Made by a program: the position numbers and the translations under genes
In this document: in pieces, positions 34,631-46,667 of the stretch
Position numbering within the stretch: position 1 is the stretch's first letter
How the letters are laid out: the number at the start of each line of letters is the position of its first letter
The notes under the pieces: generated by a model
The model's database searches: none
Told to the model about the DNA's origin: nothing
Seen by the model: the letters and a program-made list of their open reading frames with translations, nothing else
Assembly: GCA_951406725.2 (NCBI GenBank)
Contig: OX597838.1
Span: forward strand, 21,328,001-21,392,000
Reading direction: 5' to 3'
Length of the DNA: 64,000 bases
Source: Octopus vulgaris
Taxonomy: Eukaryota

Positions 34631-36119
34631 CTCCTTTCAAATATCAGCACCTTTCCAGCCAATAAATTCAGAGACGATACAGCGAGGCAGCTCTTTGATG
34701 CCTGCAAATTGCTCTCATCAATAATTCTTGCGAATGTGAATCATTCACTCTATCACGAACTACCAAAAGCGAGGTCGCCAATACGTACTCGAACCTGCTT
34801 CAGACATACTGGTAGTAGAACTCCCGCATTTTCTAATTCTGTTATACCACACCTCTCCCGACACAACTACCAAATTCCTTCATTGTGAATCTCACTTAAC
34901 CTCATTTTTATCCATTCAACATCAAGGAATTTTTTTTTTTTTTTTTTGGAAGGTAATTACGAAGAAATAAACATCATTTAATGGATATTATTATCAAATA
35001 TCAATCTTACCTTTGATCCGAGGTTTTGTACAGCGATTTTCATTCTTCTGCCGGACACCACTTACCGCTTCAATTTGACGAGTTCTCTCATTTTAACGCA
35101 AACGAACTTCGATCTTATATCTCAACAGACAATCAGATGTGGATTGGGAGAAGAAATCTAATTACTCTTTTACTTGTTTCAGTCATTTGACTGCGGCCAT
35201 GCTGGAGCACCGCCTTTAGTCGAGCAAATCGACCCAGGGACTTATTCTTTGTAAGCCCAGTACTTATTCTATCGGTCTCTTTTTGCCGAACCGCTAAGTG
35301 ACGGGGACGTAAACACATCAGCATTGGTTGTCAAGCAATGCTAGGGGGACAAACACATACACATACATATATATATACGACAGGCTTCTTTCAGTTTCCG
35401 TCAACCAAATCCACTCACAAGGCATTGGTCGGCTCGGGGCTATAGCAGAAGACACTTGCCCAAGATGCCACGCAGTGGGACTGAACCCGGAACCATGTGG
35501 TTGGTTAGCAAGCTACTTACCACACAGCAACTCCCGCGCCTATTGCACCAATTTCCAAACTTTTTTGCTGAATATTTCTTTTACATTCAATTTTTTTTTT
35601 AATTCATGCTGAAAAGTTTGGTAATTTTATCAGAATAAAGTTTTTCATTCATTCATTTACTCATTTGTCCAAGATACTCTGCTCGGTATAATATGGTGCT
35701 TATTAAAAGTGGAAACATTTAAAAGCATTGTTTATTTAAAAAAAAAAGAAACTAGCAGTGTCCCCCGGCGTTGCTCGGGTTTGTTTTCTTTTCGACCCTT
35801 TAGAACTGGAATTTAGCTTATTATTCTCTTTAAGTGAACATTTTTCTGGTTGAAATACACAGAAAAAATGGCGACACGGCAGTAAAAAAATCGTAAAAAA
35901 TAGGGATTTTCATAGAAAAAAAAAAGTACCTTTTTGATGTAAATAATTTTTGGTGTTAACATGGTCCGATTTGAATTTTTTCTTCTACGGAAGGAAGAAC
36001 AAGCCTTCTTCTATCATACTCTCAATTTTGGTCAACTTGCGCCGCAGGGTCTCGGAGGAGATAGTATTAGTTGAAGGCTACCAAACCTGCCACACACAGA
36101 CAACTTCATCTTTATAATA

Positions 36120-36660
36120 ATGAAATTATTGTATACAGTTCTCAGGTGCACCACAACTTGTCAAAAGTGCGTATAAAGTATATGCAGTAATGTAAAAATG
36201 TCTGTATGAGTCAGATAGATGCTTGCGTGTGTATGGAGGGGAGAAAATCAGGTGTAGTGTCGGCGAATCTCAGGAAGCATGGAAGTTTTGAAGGATGCAG
36301 TGCTCCGACAACTAACAACTGATGCTGGCAGTTTGTTCCATGCTTCAGCAACTCTTAGCGTGAAAAAATGTTTTCGAAAGTCATGGGAGCTGTGCTGTTT
36401 TCTGACTTTGTAAATATGTCCACGGGTGTTAGACATGTGGAGTTTGAAAAGGTGCTCAGAGTTATTGTTTGTAAGAAGGTCAATAATTTTATGGGTGTCT
36501 GCCAAGTCAGCTGCCAGACGTCGGAGTTTCAATGTGTCCATGTCCAGGGAAGAAGTAAGGCGTTCAGAATATGGCAAATGCCTGATGGAGGATATATTTC
36601 TCTTGGTTGCACGTCGCTGGACGGCTTCCAGACGATTAATATCATGGGCAAGATAGGGGT
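36120..36660 (-). mobile_element. CR1/L2-type LINE 3' end; short copy at ~14656-14830(+)
   Basis: YSERL..L...TLKLRRL.ADL...HK...TRGH.YK...[17 protein letters not shown], typical CR1-group ORF2 C-terminus. Confidence 0.85.
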
Positions 36661-38149
36661 TTTGTATATATATAGATTAGATTCAGGTTACACTGTGACA
36701 CACCAAACATCGTCTCGTGGCACACCAGTGTGCCGCGGCATGCCGGTTGTGGAGCACTGACACGGACCTAGCAATTTTTAAGGAATTCCCTAACACGATG
36801 CGAAATATTTCGTTTTGGATTCATGCGTGCAAGGGAGATAATTGAAGTTACTGTATTTCTGTTGAGATGCTCTGTGTTTCTTTCAACTTATTTTAAATAT
36901 AACAAAGAATTTAGTGAAATAACTTAGTTATCATTGAGCTAGTATTAGGAACATAAATTGTGACTAAGGTTTGGTGGAAGATTTTAATTCAGAACTTACG
37001 AAAACAAGACATTTGTACTCAGAGCTAGAGGCGGTTTCAGCTGGGTTGGTAACGAAAGGCTTAAAGATGGCCAACTCGATTTGTAATGTTAGCGGGTATG
37101 TGTGTGAGCTGGCAGAAACGTTAGCGCGCCGGACGAAATGCTGAGCGGTATTTCGTCTGCCGCTACGTTCTGAGTTCAAATTCCGCCGAGGTCGACTTTG
37201 CCTTTCATCCTTTCGGGGTCGATAAATTAAGTACCAGTTACGCACTGGGGTCGATGTAATCGACTTAATACCTATGTCTGTCCTTGTTTGTCCCCTCTGT
37301 GTTTAGCTCCTTGTGGGCAATAAAGAAATAGGTATGTGTGTATGTACGTCCTGTGTGTCTGTGTCGAGGTGACAGCTTATACGTGTGCGAAAAAAAAAAA
37401 TATTGTGAATGGGATATACACACACGAATATTGTTCACACATTATATGTTCTTATAGATCAGTGGTTCCCAAAACGGTGAGGTAGAATGGGACAAACTTC
37501 CTTTTGTACCCCACCATAAATTAAAAGAAAAAAAAGACACGGTGGAAAATTGATTTCCTATCATGTCTTATGAGATTTTTTCAATGAAATTTTACAGAAA
37601 TACTTTTCAAACGGCATACATTACGATTATAAAGAAATTTGTGGGGAAAAATCTTTTCCAACGGGATGGGGAGAGGACTTCGGAAAATTCACAAAACCCG
37701 AGTTTTTCCCTCATAACTTTTAAGAAAATGGATTTTTTTTTCAATGAAATTTAAATAAATACCTTTGAAACGGCGTACATTACGATTATAAAGTAATTTG
37801 TGGGGAAAATCTTGAGGTGGGGAGAGGACTTTCGAAAAATTCACTCCGAAAACACATACAACTTTCTGCATTTACCCTAGCGAAGTACTACTACACTATG
37901 TAGTGTTTATTTCTACCCACTTTCAATAATTGTTAGTTTTGGGCTTCAATTTAGTTTCATTTTCAATTATTTTTACGCTTTTTAACCCTTCGTTGTTATT
38001 CTCATTATTTACTTTGTGTAAAAAATTATTTATTTTGTGTTTTATTTACTTTGCTAGGTAGTCGTTGTAGGATCGACTACTTACGACTAGCTAGCGCGGA
38101 TGCGCAACTGCGCGTGTGCGCGCACCGGGACCACTGTTCGCTAGTAGTA

Positions 38150-38197
<48 letters not shown>

Positions 38198-38328
38198 TTA
38201 TATATACATATATATACAGAAATATATATATACACATATATATACACACATATATACACAAACATATATATATATATATACACAAACACATATATATATA
38301 TGGATCTTTTTAGAAAAAATCCATATAT

Positions 38329-38389
<61 letters not shown>

Positions 38390-39083
38390 AAAACTTTATA
38401 TATAAATAACGTGAAATTCACGAATTGACGAACACGGAAAACAGACAGTCATTCAGAGCCTTCATTCTTCAGTCAGAAACCGATTCATCATGGCAAATTT
38501 CGGCTGCTTAATTCTGAGATTTGCTCCAAAATATATATGTATATGTAAAAAAAACACAAACTGGGACAAGAACGCAAAACATTTAGAAGACGATACAAAA
38601 AAAACGATACAGTTATGAGGGAAAAACTTGGGTCTTGTGAATCTTTCGAAGTCCTCTCCTCACCCAACTGGAAAAGAGTTTCCCAAAAATTTTTCTTTAT
38701 AATCGTAATGTATGCCGTTTGAAAAGTGTTTCTATAGAATTTCATTGAAAAAAACAAACAAAAAAAAAAAAACCCCACACAACCCATTAGCTTTCTCTTC
38801 CCAACTGACAATTGACAAGACAACATGTGGTCACGGAATTCACCGAATTCAAAGTTTACCAATTTCCAAACTTTTTTTTTTTTTCTTACTGAATATTTCT
38901 TTTACATTGAATTTTTTTTTTTTAATTCAAGCTGAAAAGTTTGGTGATTTTATCAGAATAAAGATTTCATTCATTTACTTATTTGTTCAAGATACTCTGC
39001 TCGGTATAATATGGTGCTTATGAGTCAAAACGAAAGATCACCATTTTTTTTTTTTTAAATGCAGTTTTCAAGGAGAGGTGCGT

Positions 39084-39496
39084 GGGATCTTTTCGGTTTG
39101 AACGGCAGTTTTTCTAGCGGTGTCATATGAAATTGTCACCCATAATTATGACTCTAGTATCGATCTATGGCATTTCAATCTGTTTTAGGGTTAGGAGTGG
39201 GGGGAAGGGTATCTTTTTTTCTTCACAAATGTAAATAAACCCAATCTGTTTCTTAAACGAGGGACATATTCATACGGCACAGAATGTTTTTCACCTCAAT
39301 AGACGTCAGTGATTGGTTGAAATTGCAGAAATCGAAGAAAAAAAGCAACAAATATCTTACAAATTATAGAATTTTCTCAATAAAGCCAAGAGAAAAAGAT
39401 GTTTTATAAGCACATTCTACCAGTATACGCAGTTTAAAATTTTTTTAGTTACCTAGAAATTATGTTAAAAACTGCCGTTCAAACCGAAAAGATCCC
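39084..39496. mobile_element. MITE (413 bp), copy 2, perfect 30-bp TIRs
   Basis: gggatcttttcggtttgaacggcagttttt ... aaaaactgccgttcaaaccgaaaagatccc. Confidence 0.9.
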
Positions 39497-39803
39497 TATT
39501 CTGTATTAGCCCCGATAATAAAATCACTGCACAAAATTAGCTTCTTTTTAATGCAAATACACAACTGAGATTTTTTTCCCTCCTTTTGTTCACCTTCGAA
39601 AGCATAAGGATGGGACGTTTGTAATAATAATACGCCATTCAGTGAAAGAAAACATCGCAAAACCGCTGCAGTGGAAGACATATTTATTTGTAGAATATGG
39701 TTGTAAATGTTATAGAACCTTATTTTTGTTTTGATTTGTAAAATAAATAAAGCAATCTTTGGCGATCTTTCGTCTCTAGTAGACCTTTCCGTCGATTTCC
39801 GTA

Positions 39804-40137
39804 AATTTTTTTTTTTTTTTACATATGGGCTTGCGGGAACTTTTGAAGTAATATACATACATATACACATACACCGAGTAAAAAATTTCAGTTATCTCTT
39901 TCTTTCACACATTACTCTGTCTCTTCACACACACTAACAGAAGCACTTCACTTACACAACATACTGTCTGTCTCCCACACCCCATCAAACACACACACAC
40001 ACACACACGTACATCAATGCTTCACATGCACGGTAACTTCAAAAGAACTTCCCTCGTCATAAAATCGCTTTCTCTTAGTCTCTTTCGCTCTCATTACTTC
40101 AAAAGTTCCCGCAAGCCCATATGTAAAAAAAAAAATT
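39804..40137. mobile_element. Inverted-repeat element: perfect 32-bp arms extended by poly-T/poly-A
   Basis: acatatgggcttgcgggaacttttgaagtaat (39821-39852) versus its reverse complement (40093-40124). Confidence 0.8.
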
Positions 40138-40344
40138 AATTAAAATAATTTAATTGTTCAACATCGTTCACTTGAATCATTATAACTTAAATATTCAAGA
40201 TCGTCCATACCTTCAAATATAATGAATAGCGTTGATATACTCACAGAAGTTTAAACGTTCAACATCGTCCGTTTAGAAATCAAAGGTACAGTCATAATCA
40301 AAATCATTCCATATCTTCAAGACTGTCCATATCATCCCCCGAGC

Positions 40345-40625
40345 GGCATGGCATTCTTTCGATATAACTCGACAAAATCAAAACACTTCACTTTGGGTAT
40401 TTCCGTGGAAGCAAATGACAGTTCGATTCTTGTTTTCTGCTTGGAAATTTGCGGATTTTACATACACACATGAAACAGGTAAGAACAAATATGCAAGGCT
40501 TTTTTTCTTTTTTTTTTCTTTAAGTTTAAAATGAGACATTGCAGGCTTATCTGTTACTCCACAACCCACGGAAATAACCCTAAGTGAAATGTTTTGATTT
40601 TGTCGAATTATATCGAAAGAATGCC
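40345..40625. mobile_element. MITE-like element with ~59-bp TIRs and a 6-bp flanking direct repeat
   Basis: Arms 40350-40408 and 40566-40625; ccgagc at 40339-40344 and 40626-40631. Confidence 0.8.
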
Positions 40626-40653
40626 CCGAGCATATAATCTAAGCTGATTGAGC

Positions 40654-41247
40654 TTAGTCAAACAAATCGTCCATATCGAAAAAAGCGTTAGACACACGAT
40701 CGAGGTAGAGTGCACATTCAATTTCCTCTGCCAAGTCGAACTCAAGACCAGTGATACGGTCATTTTCACATTCAATTTCCTCTGCCAAGAGGACATCAGC
40801 GCCGAACAAACGATCTAAGTTGAGTGAACATTCAATTTCATAGGCCAAATCGTCCATTACGGGATCATTGTGACTTGAATAACGTTTCGCGCCATTTGGA
40901 CTCCTGACCGTTCCACCACGACTAGATGGACATCGAATTCTTATACTAGCACCATCGTTCTTCGTTGTGAACTTCGATTTATCACGGGGCCTCACAACTT
41001 TCGCCTCGATCTTAAAGTTTGGTTTGCTACGACGTTGCACTTCTTTCAGAACGTAAAGCTTTCTATTGTCACAAGCGTAGTATTTCCCATATTCTTTGAA
41101 AACTGCTGTTTTTGTCATGTTGTCTGGCATAGTTTCACCACCGATAATAGTTGAAATCACTTTTTCTAATGTTTCTCCGTTATGAAATGTGTTGCTTATA
41201 GAATCCTGAGAATAGCGGATCTCATCTGGACTTAGTTCGGTGCACAT
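40654..41247 (-). CDS. Intronless 197-aa protein: N-terminal ParB/sulfiredoxin-like domain (IRYSQDSI...DNRKL...KFTTKNDG) plus acidic LAEEIEC repeats
   Basis: ATG-initiated, non-repetitive ORF with normal composition in otherwise repeat-dominated DNA. Motif pattern recalls IR[FY]SQxSI...DN[RT]RL ParB-like domains (assignment from recall, not a search). Confidence 0.75.
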   Translation of the reverse strand: MCTELSPDEIRYSQDSISNTFHNGETLEKVISTIIGGETMPDNMTKTAVFKEYGKYYACDNRKLYVLKEVQRRSKPNFKIEAKVVRPRDKSKFTTKNDGASIRIRCPSSRGGTVRSPNGAKRYSSHNDPVMDDLAYEIECSLNLDRLFGADVLLAEEIECENDRITGLEFDLAEEIECALYLDRVSNAFFDMDDLFD

Positions 41248-41294
41248 CGTGTTCGAATGGGTGGGCAGTTATGGAAATTATAGAATTCAACTAA

Positions 41295-41301
41295 TTTTAT
41301 A
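41295..41301 (-). promoter_or_regulatory. Possible TATA box (TATAAAA) about 50 nt upstream of the ParB-like ATG
   Basis: Motif match and position only; the AT-rich background makes chance matches likely. Confidence 0.25.
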
Positions 41302-44052
41302 TCTCGTGAAAAAAAGTAGTAATAATAACGAGAGACAAAGTATTAAACAGAATCTAATGTCGATCGAGATAGATTTGAAGCAATGTAATCCAGTCAGTAA
41401 TTATTTTCTTGGAATTGAGACACAGCTGATATTGTGAATGTACAGCCTTGTAAAAGCACGAGCTGTGACTAACAAACTTATAGTTGGATGGCAGAAAGAG
41501 AAAGTGTGTGTGTGTGTGTGTGTGAGTCAGTTTCGTAGTAAACAAGTAGATTTCCTAGAAACTAAAGTGAAAGTAAAAATTTCCAGCTAACAAGGGAGAT
41601 AACTTTGTAGATAATATCTGCTACAAATAAATACTGACCATATACTTTTCACACACACACGCACTATGCGTTTGCTTTATATTTTCAGTCATTTGACTAT
41701 GGCCATACTGGAGCACCACTTTCAATTAAAATCCACCCCAGTACTTATTCTATCGGTTTCTTTTCCCGAACCGTTAAATTACGGGGACGTAAACACACCA
41801 GCACCGAGTATCAAGCGATGATGCGGGGACCAAACACAGACACACAAGTATATATACACGACGGGCTTCTTTCAGTTTCCGTCTACCAAATCCACTCACA
41901 TGGCTTTGGTCGGCCCGAGGCTATATAGAAGACACTTGCCCAAGGTGCCCCGCAGTGGGACTGAACCCGAAACCATGTGGTTGGGAAGCAAGCGTCTTAC
42001 CACACATCCAGTTTCAGTCATTAGACTGTGGCCATGCTGGGGCACTTCCTTGAAGGGTTTTGTCAGAGAAATTGATCTCCCACCCGTACTTATTTTGGCA
42101 GAATTCTTTAAGTACGCCATATAGACTTTCAAGATTTATTTTCTCGAATCTTCAGAAAATTTTTGCTAGTTTGTATCCTATACACGGGAATTCAAACGAT
42201 TGAAAAAAAAAAAAAGTTTTAAATCTTTCGAAATTAAAAAAATTATGGTCACAGTCCTAAATACAGACAATAGGGAATTTTCAGAAAATTTCAGCGAATT
42301 TGTGTTCTGCACTCGGAAATTTATATGATTTTGCAAAAACCAAAATCAAGAAGAAAAAAAAAAATTGGCGCGTGATTTGAGGGCTTATTAGCTGTTATTT
42401 TTAGCACATCTCACACCGTCTTCGTTTCTTTGTCACTCTGGCGTATTGTTTTTCAATATCTTTCCCCTCATTCGTTCTGAGTTCAAATCCCGCCGAGGAT
42501 GACATTACCTTTCATCCTTTCAGGGTTGATAAATTAAGTACCAGTTGCGTACTGGGGTCGATTGGTCCCCCCTCTCCAAAAAACAATATCGGGTCTTATG
42601 CCAAGAGTAGAAAAGAATATTTTTCGCCTCATTAACACATTTAATGGTTTTTTTAAAGTTATAAGGGGTTATTTGGTTGGTGTACAGCAGAATTCACCCC
42701 ACCCATTTTTTTTAAAGCCTGGTAATTATTCTGTTTGTTTTGCCGAACCGCTAAGTTTCAGAGACATAAGAGAGCCAACACGGTTGTCAAGCAGTGGTGA
42801 AGCCAACACACACTATATATATATATATATATCTATATATAAACGGCAGTTTGTCTGTCAGGTTGTACCCTCACCCTAACCACGGCTTTCAACCGATTCT
42901 GATGAAACTTGACACACACATAGCCCAATGTCATAATTCAAAACTAACGCAGCGAAAATTTTGAAAAGTCTCCCCAGTTCTGAAAAAAATCGAGAAATTC
43001 GACATGGGGTCGAGAATCTAAGCTTTTTATTTGCAACACATTTTCTAGTGTAGTTTTTGCAACTTGCAATCGATTTTCACCAAACTCATGGTGAAGCTTA
43101 ATGTTACCCTAAGAAACTTAATTCTGACATTAGTTTTCCATGCAATACCTTACCATCAGAAAAAATCAATAAAATCATGCCATTTTGGGAAATCGCGTTC
43201 AAATTCAAGATGACATATTTTCGACAGTATCTTTCACAAATTGGCAGGAATTTTTTTAAAATTCACAGCATCATGTCTGCTCCAGGGGCTCTTACATACC
43301 CGGGCAATGCCGGGCTATGCTGGTAGTATATATATATGTGTGGGTGTGAGAGAGAACCACCGGCTTCTTTCAGTTTCCGTTTAACAAATACACTCACAAG
43401 AGTTTTGTTAGCCTGAGGCTGTGAAGGAAGATATTTGTCGAAGATGCTGCCAAGTGGGACTGAACCCGAGCTTACAAGATTAGGAAGCAAGTTTCTTGGC
43501 ACACAGCCACCAGCTCAGTAAGAACGTTGCGAAGAAAAAATTACAAATGGACAAAAATAAAAATTCCTTTTACCATTGTTTCTGCAACCATTTCGCCATT
43601 TAAATTTTAAAGTCTTGTAGATTTTTACTGTCCAAGCTAGGCGTAGGAGTGGCTGTGTGGTAAGACACTTGCTTCCCAACTACATGGTTCTAGGTTCAGT
43701 CCCACTGCATAGCACCTTTGGCATTTATCTTCTATGTCCTTGGGCTGACTAAATTCTTGAGCAGAAAGAAGCTCATCGTGTGTGTGTGTGTCATTGCATC
43801 TGTGTGTCCCACCAATGCTCGACAACCAGTGTTTACGTCCCCATAACTTTGCAGTTCAACAAATGAAGATTCGTAGAATAAGAACCGGACATTAAGAAAA
43901 AGGAACGGGGTTGATTCACTTGGCTAAAAATTCAAGGTGGTGCCCCAGCATGGCCAAACTGACAACTGAAACAAGATTTTTTTTATGCATTCTGTTATAA
44001 ATTTGAGGGGTGTTTCTCTGTCCATTACGTTTTTATGTTCGTTAACTCCTCC

Positions 44053-44092
<40 letters not shown>

Positions 44093-44236
44093 CAGAGTGG
44101 GCCAGAATTCATGACTCGTTAATTATATTTATTAATACACACAGTAAGAAATAAAATAATAAATTTAAACAATACAATAACAATAAAATAGGCATATATA
44201 TAACTAATAAGTGAGTCATAAATTCTGTCCCACCCT
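44093..44236. mobile_element. Short Tc1/mariner-type MITE
   Basis: cagagtgggccagaattcatgactc / gagtcataaattctgtcccaccct in TA context. Confidence 0.6.
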
Positions 44237-44479
44237 ATATATAGATAGATAGGTAGGTAGGTAGGTATGTATTCCGGGTGTCCCAAAAGAGACCAATGTA
44301 ATAAGTAGTAGTCTCACAATGAATAAGTCCCGGGTTTGATTTCTTTGACTAAAACCCTTTAAGGCAGTGCTCCAGCATGGCTGCAGTCAAATGACTGTAA
44401 GAAGCAAAAGAATATATACGTATGCACATTCAATTGAATATCTTTGTTACTGAAACAAAAAGTGCAGTGAGCATTTAAA

Positions 44480-45147
44480 CAAGGTACACTTTAACATCCT
44501 TAACAATTTTATTTCGTATATATATTTCTCTTCATGTAAGAGAATAATATGAATGTTTTCACATCATCAGAAATATTCACAACTAAGTCTTTCTTTTTAA
44601 AAAAAAAAAACCTAACTGTAGATTTATCTCCATTATACATGTTTCAGGTAATCATTTCATTTGTAAATGAAGTGTTTACTAAATGAAGAGGGTGAAGCTA
44701 CCCTCTTGGATATAAATTTCAAACTGTCAACTAAGAAAACCATGCATACAATAAATAAGCAAATACATACAAAAACAAAACACTATTTTTTTTTTCTCTC
44801 TTTTGTACGTGTGTCTACAAAGATAAAAAGCTGAGGTTTAAAGAGATGGGTGAAAGGAAGAGATCGTGATTTTACAGGAGGGAAACACAAGGCTGTGATA
44901 AGCTTTGAGACAGTCAAATGGTAGAAAGCAAGCATGAGAGCAGAAATGGACTTTTGTTTCAAGAAGCGGGTCACATGAGACTCGGCTCATCATCAGGCAG
45001 GCCACACTCCTACAAAACATTATTTTCTTCAAAAAATTTGGCGTGCTATTTAGAACGTTCAGCAGGCGTGAGTTCTTGGCCCATGGCTGCATTGGAACAA
45101 CATCATCGTTTGCTGACATCAACGTTGTCTTTCGTACTTTTTTTTTC
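44480..45147 (-). other. Probable MK5 terminal exon / 3' UTR (encodes EKKSTKDNVDVSKR* in phase 0)
   Basis: Pyrimidine-rich acceptor ccccccgtcaccttgtcctgcag at 45148-45170; non-repetitive downstream sequence; AATAAA on - near 44508-44513. Confidence 0.45.
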
Positions 45148-45780
45148 CTGCAGGACAAGGTGACGGGGGGTCAATAAATAAAGTATTAGTTGAAAGCTAC
45201 CGGACTGGCAGAATCATTAAAATGCCTTGTGGTATTTGTTCTGGATCTTTGTATTCTGAGTTGAAAATCCCACTGCGCTCTACCAGCAACCAAGAATGGA
45301 TTCAGGGTCCTACTACATACACACGCCAATAGATTGGTATGCCACCATGTATGTGCACAACAGTATGTACACACCATGGCTAGCATTACAGCAATCCATG
45401 GTATTCAACCTGCAGATGAGACCCTATAATCACAATGATGATGATGATGATGATAACAATGATGATGATGATGATAATGATGATGGTGTCATACGCACAC
45501 ATTTTCCACAAGTATTAACAATGTAAGTAATGTGAAATGGTTGCAAACAGGAAATTGAAACACAATTGACCGAACAAACACATACTTGTATATACATATA
45601 TGTGTTTGTGTGTGTTTACATATGCATATATATAAATACAAACACCTACAAACTAATATACATACATATATAAATGCACATGTATACATACGAACTTGCA
45701 TATACATATAAACACACACACAAATTTACATATACATACATATATATATATATACACATATATTTATATATACATATATT

Positions 45781-45812
<32 letters not shown>

Positions 45813-45946
45813 ATTGTTACAGATATAGGGTAAAGAATTATTAATTTAATAATTAATAAATTTTACCAAGTAGTTTCAGTATGGAAAAAAAAAAAACCCA
45901 TTATCGGTAAAAACTTGTACAAAAAATTTTTTTTATATAATTATAA

Positions 45947-46092
45947 ATATAATTAAGGGTTTAACAAGTTGCTTCACCACATACCTAAAATTTAGAAATA
46001 GCAGCCAAAAGACAGCTAATTCTTTTAACTACAAATATGATTCCACCATCTTTTGGCTGCTATTTCTAAATTTTCGGCATGTTGCTAAACCC

Positions 46093-46102
<10 letters not shown>
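45947..46102. repeat. Imperfect fold-back palindrome
   Basis: aaaatttagaaatagcagccaaaaga / tcttttggctgctatttctaaatttt plus outer ataattaagggttta / taaacccttaattat. Confidence 0.85.
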
Positions 46103-46133
<31 letters not shown>

Positions 46134-46303
46134 ACCAAATAAGTTAAGGGTTGTGGATCCAACCCACTAAGGGATAATACTTATCCAATGTACTGTTGGT
46201 ATAATACCCAAATTATTAATACACAAGTGTTTTTAATTGCAATGCAATGAACTCACTTATTGTATTAAATGGGTGAAAGTAAAGAAATATTTTACCATTA
46301 ATT

Positions 46304-46667
46304 TATATTACAAATAAGAAAATGGAGAAACACATTAGTTGGTTCATCAGCTTTAGGATATTAGAATGTTGTCTTATTTAATTAACAAAACTATAACCAT
46401 AATAACGTACATATATACAGTATAAAATTCAATACATTTAAGATAAGAATATAAATAGTTATTAAAAAAACATTAATATATATTGTTAGAATCGTTAAAA
46501 TTCCTTACAGAAATATTTGTATTCTTATCTTAAATGCATTGAATTATATACTGTATATATGTATGTTATTATGGTTGTAGTTTTGTTAATTAAATACGAC
46601 AACATACTAATATCCTAAAGCTGATAAACCAACTAATGTGTTTCTCCATTTTCTTATTTGTAATATA
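46304..46667. repeat. Fold-back palindrome, ~150-bp arms, ~55-nt loop
   Basis: 46304-46457 is reverse-complementary to 46515-46667 with scattered mismatches. Confidence 0.92.

Noticed and set aside
44838-45158. 106-aa ORF as an independent gene
   Set aside because: No recognisable motif; it starts across a splice acceptor and is more likely the MK5 terminal exon or 3' UTR.
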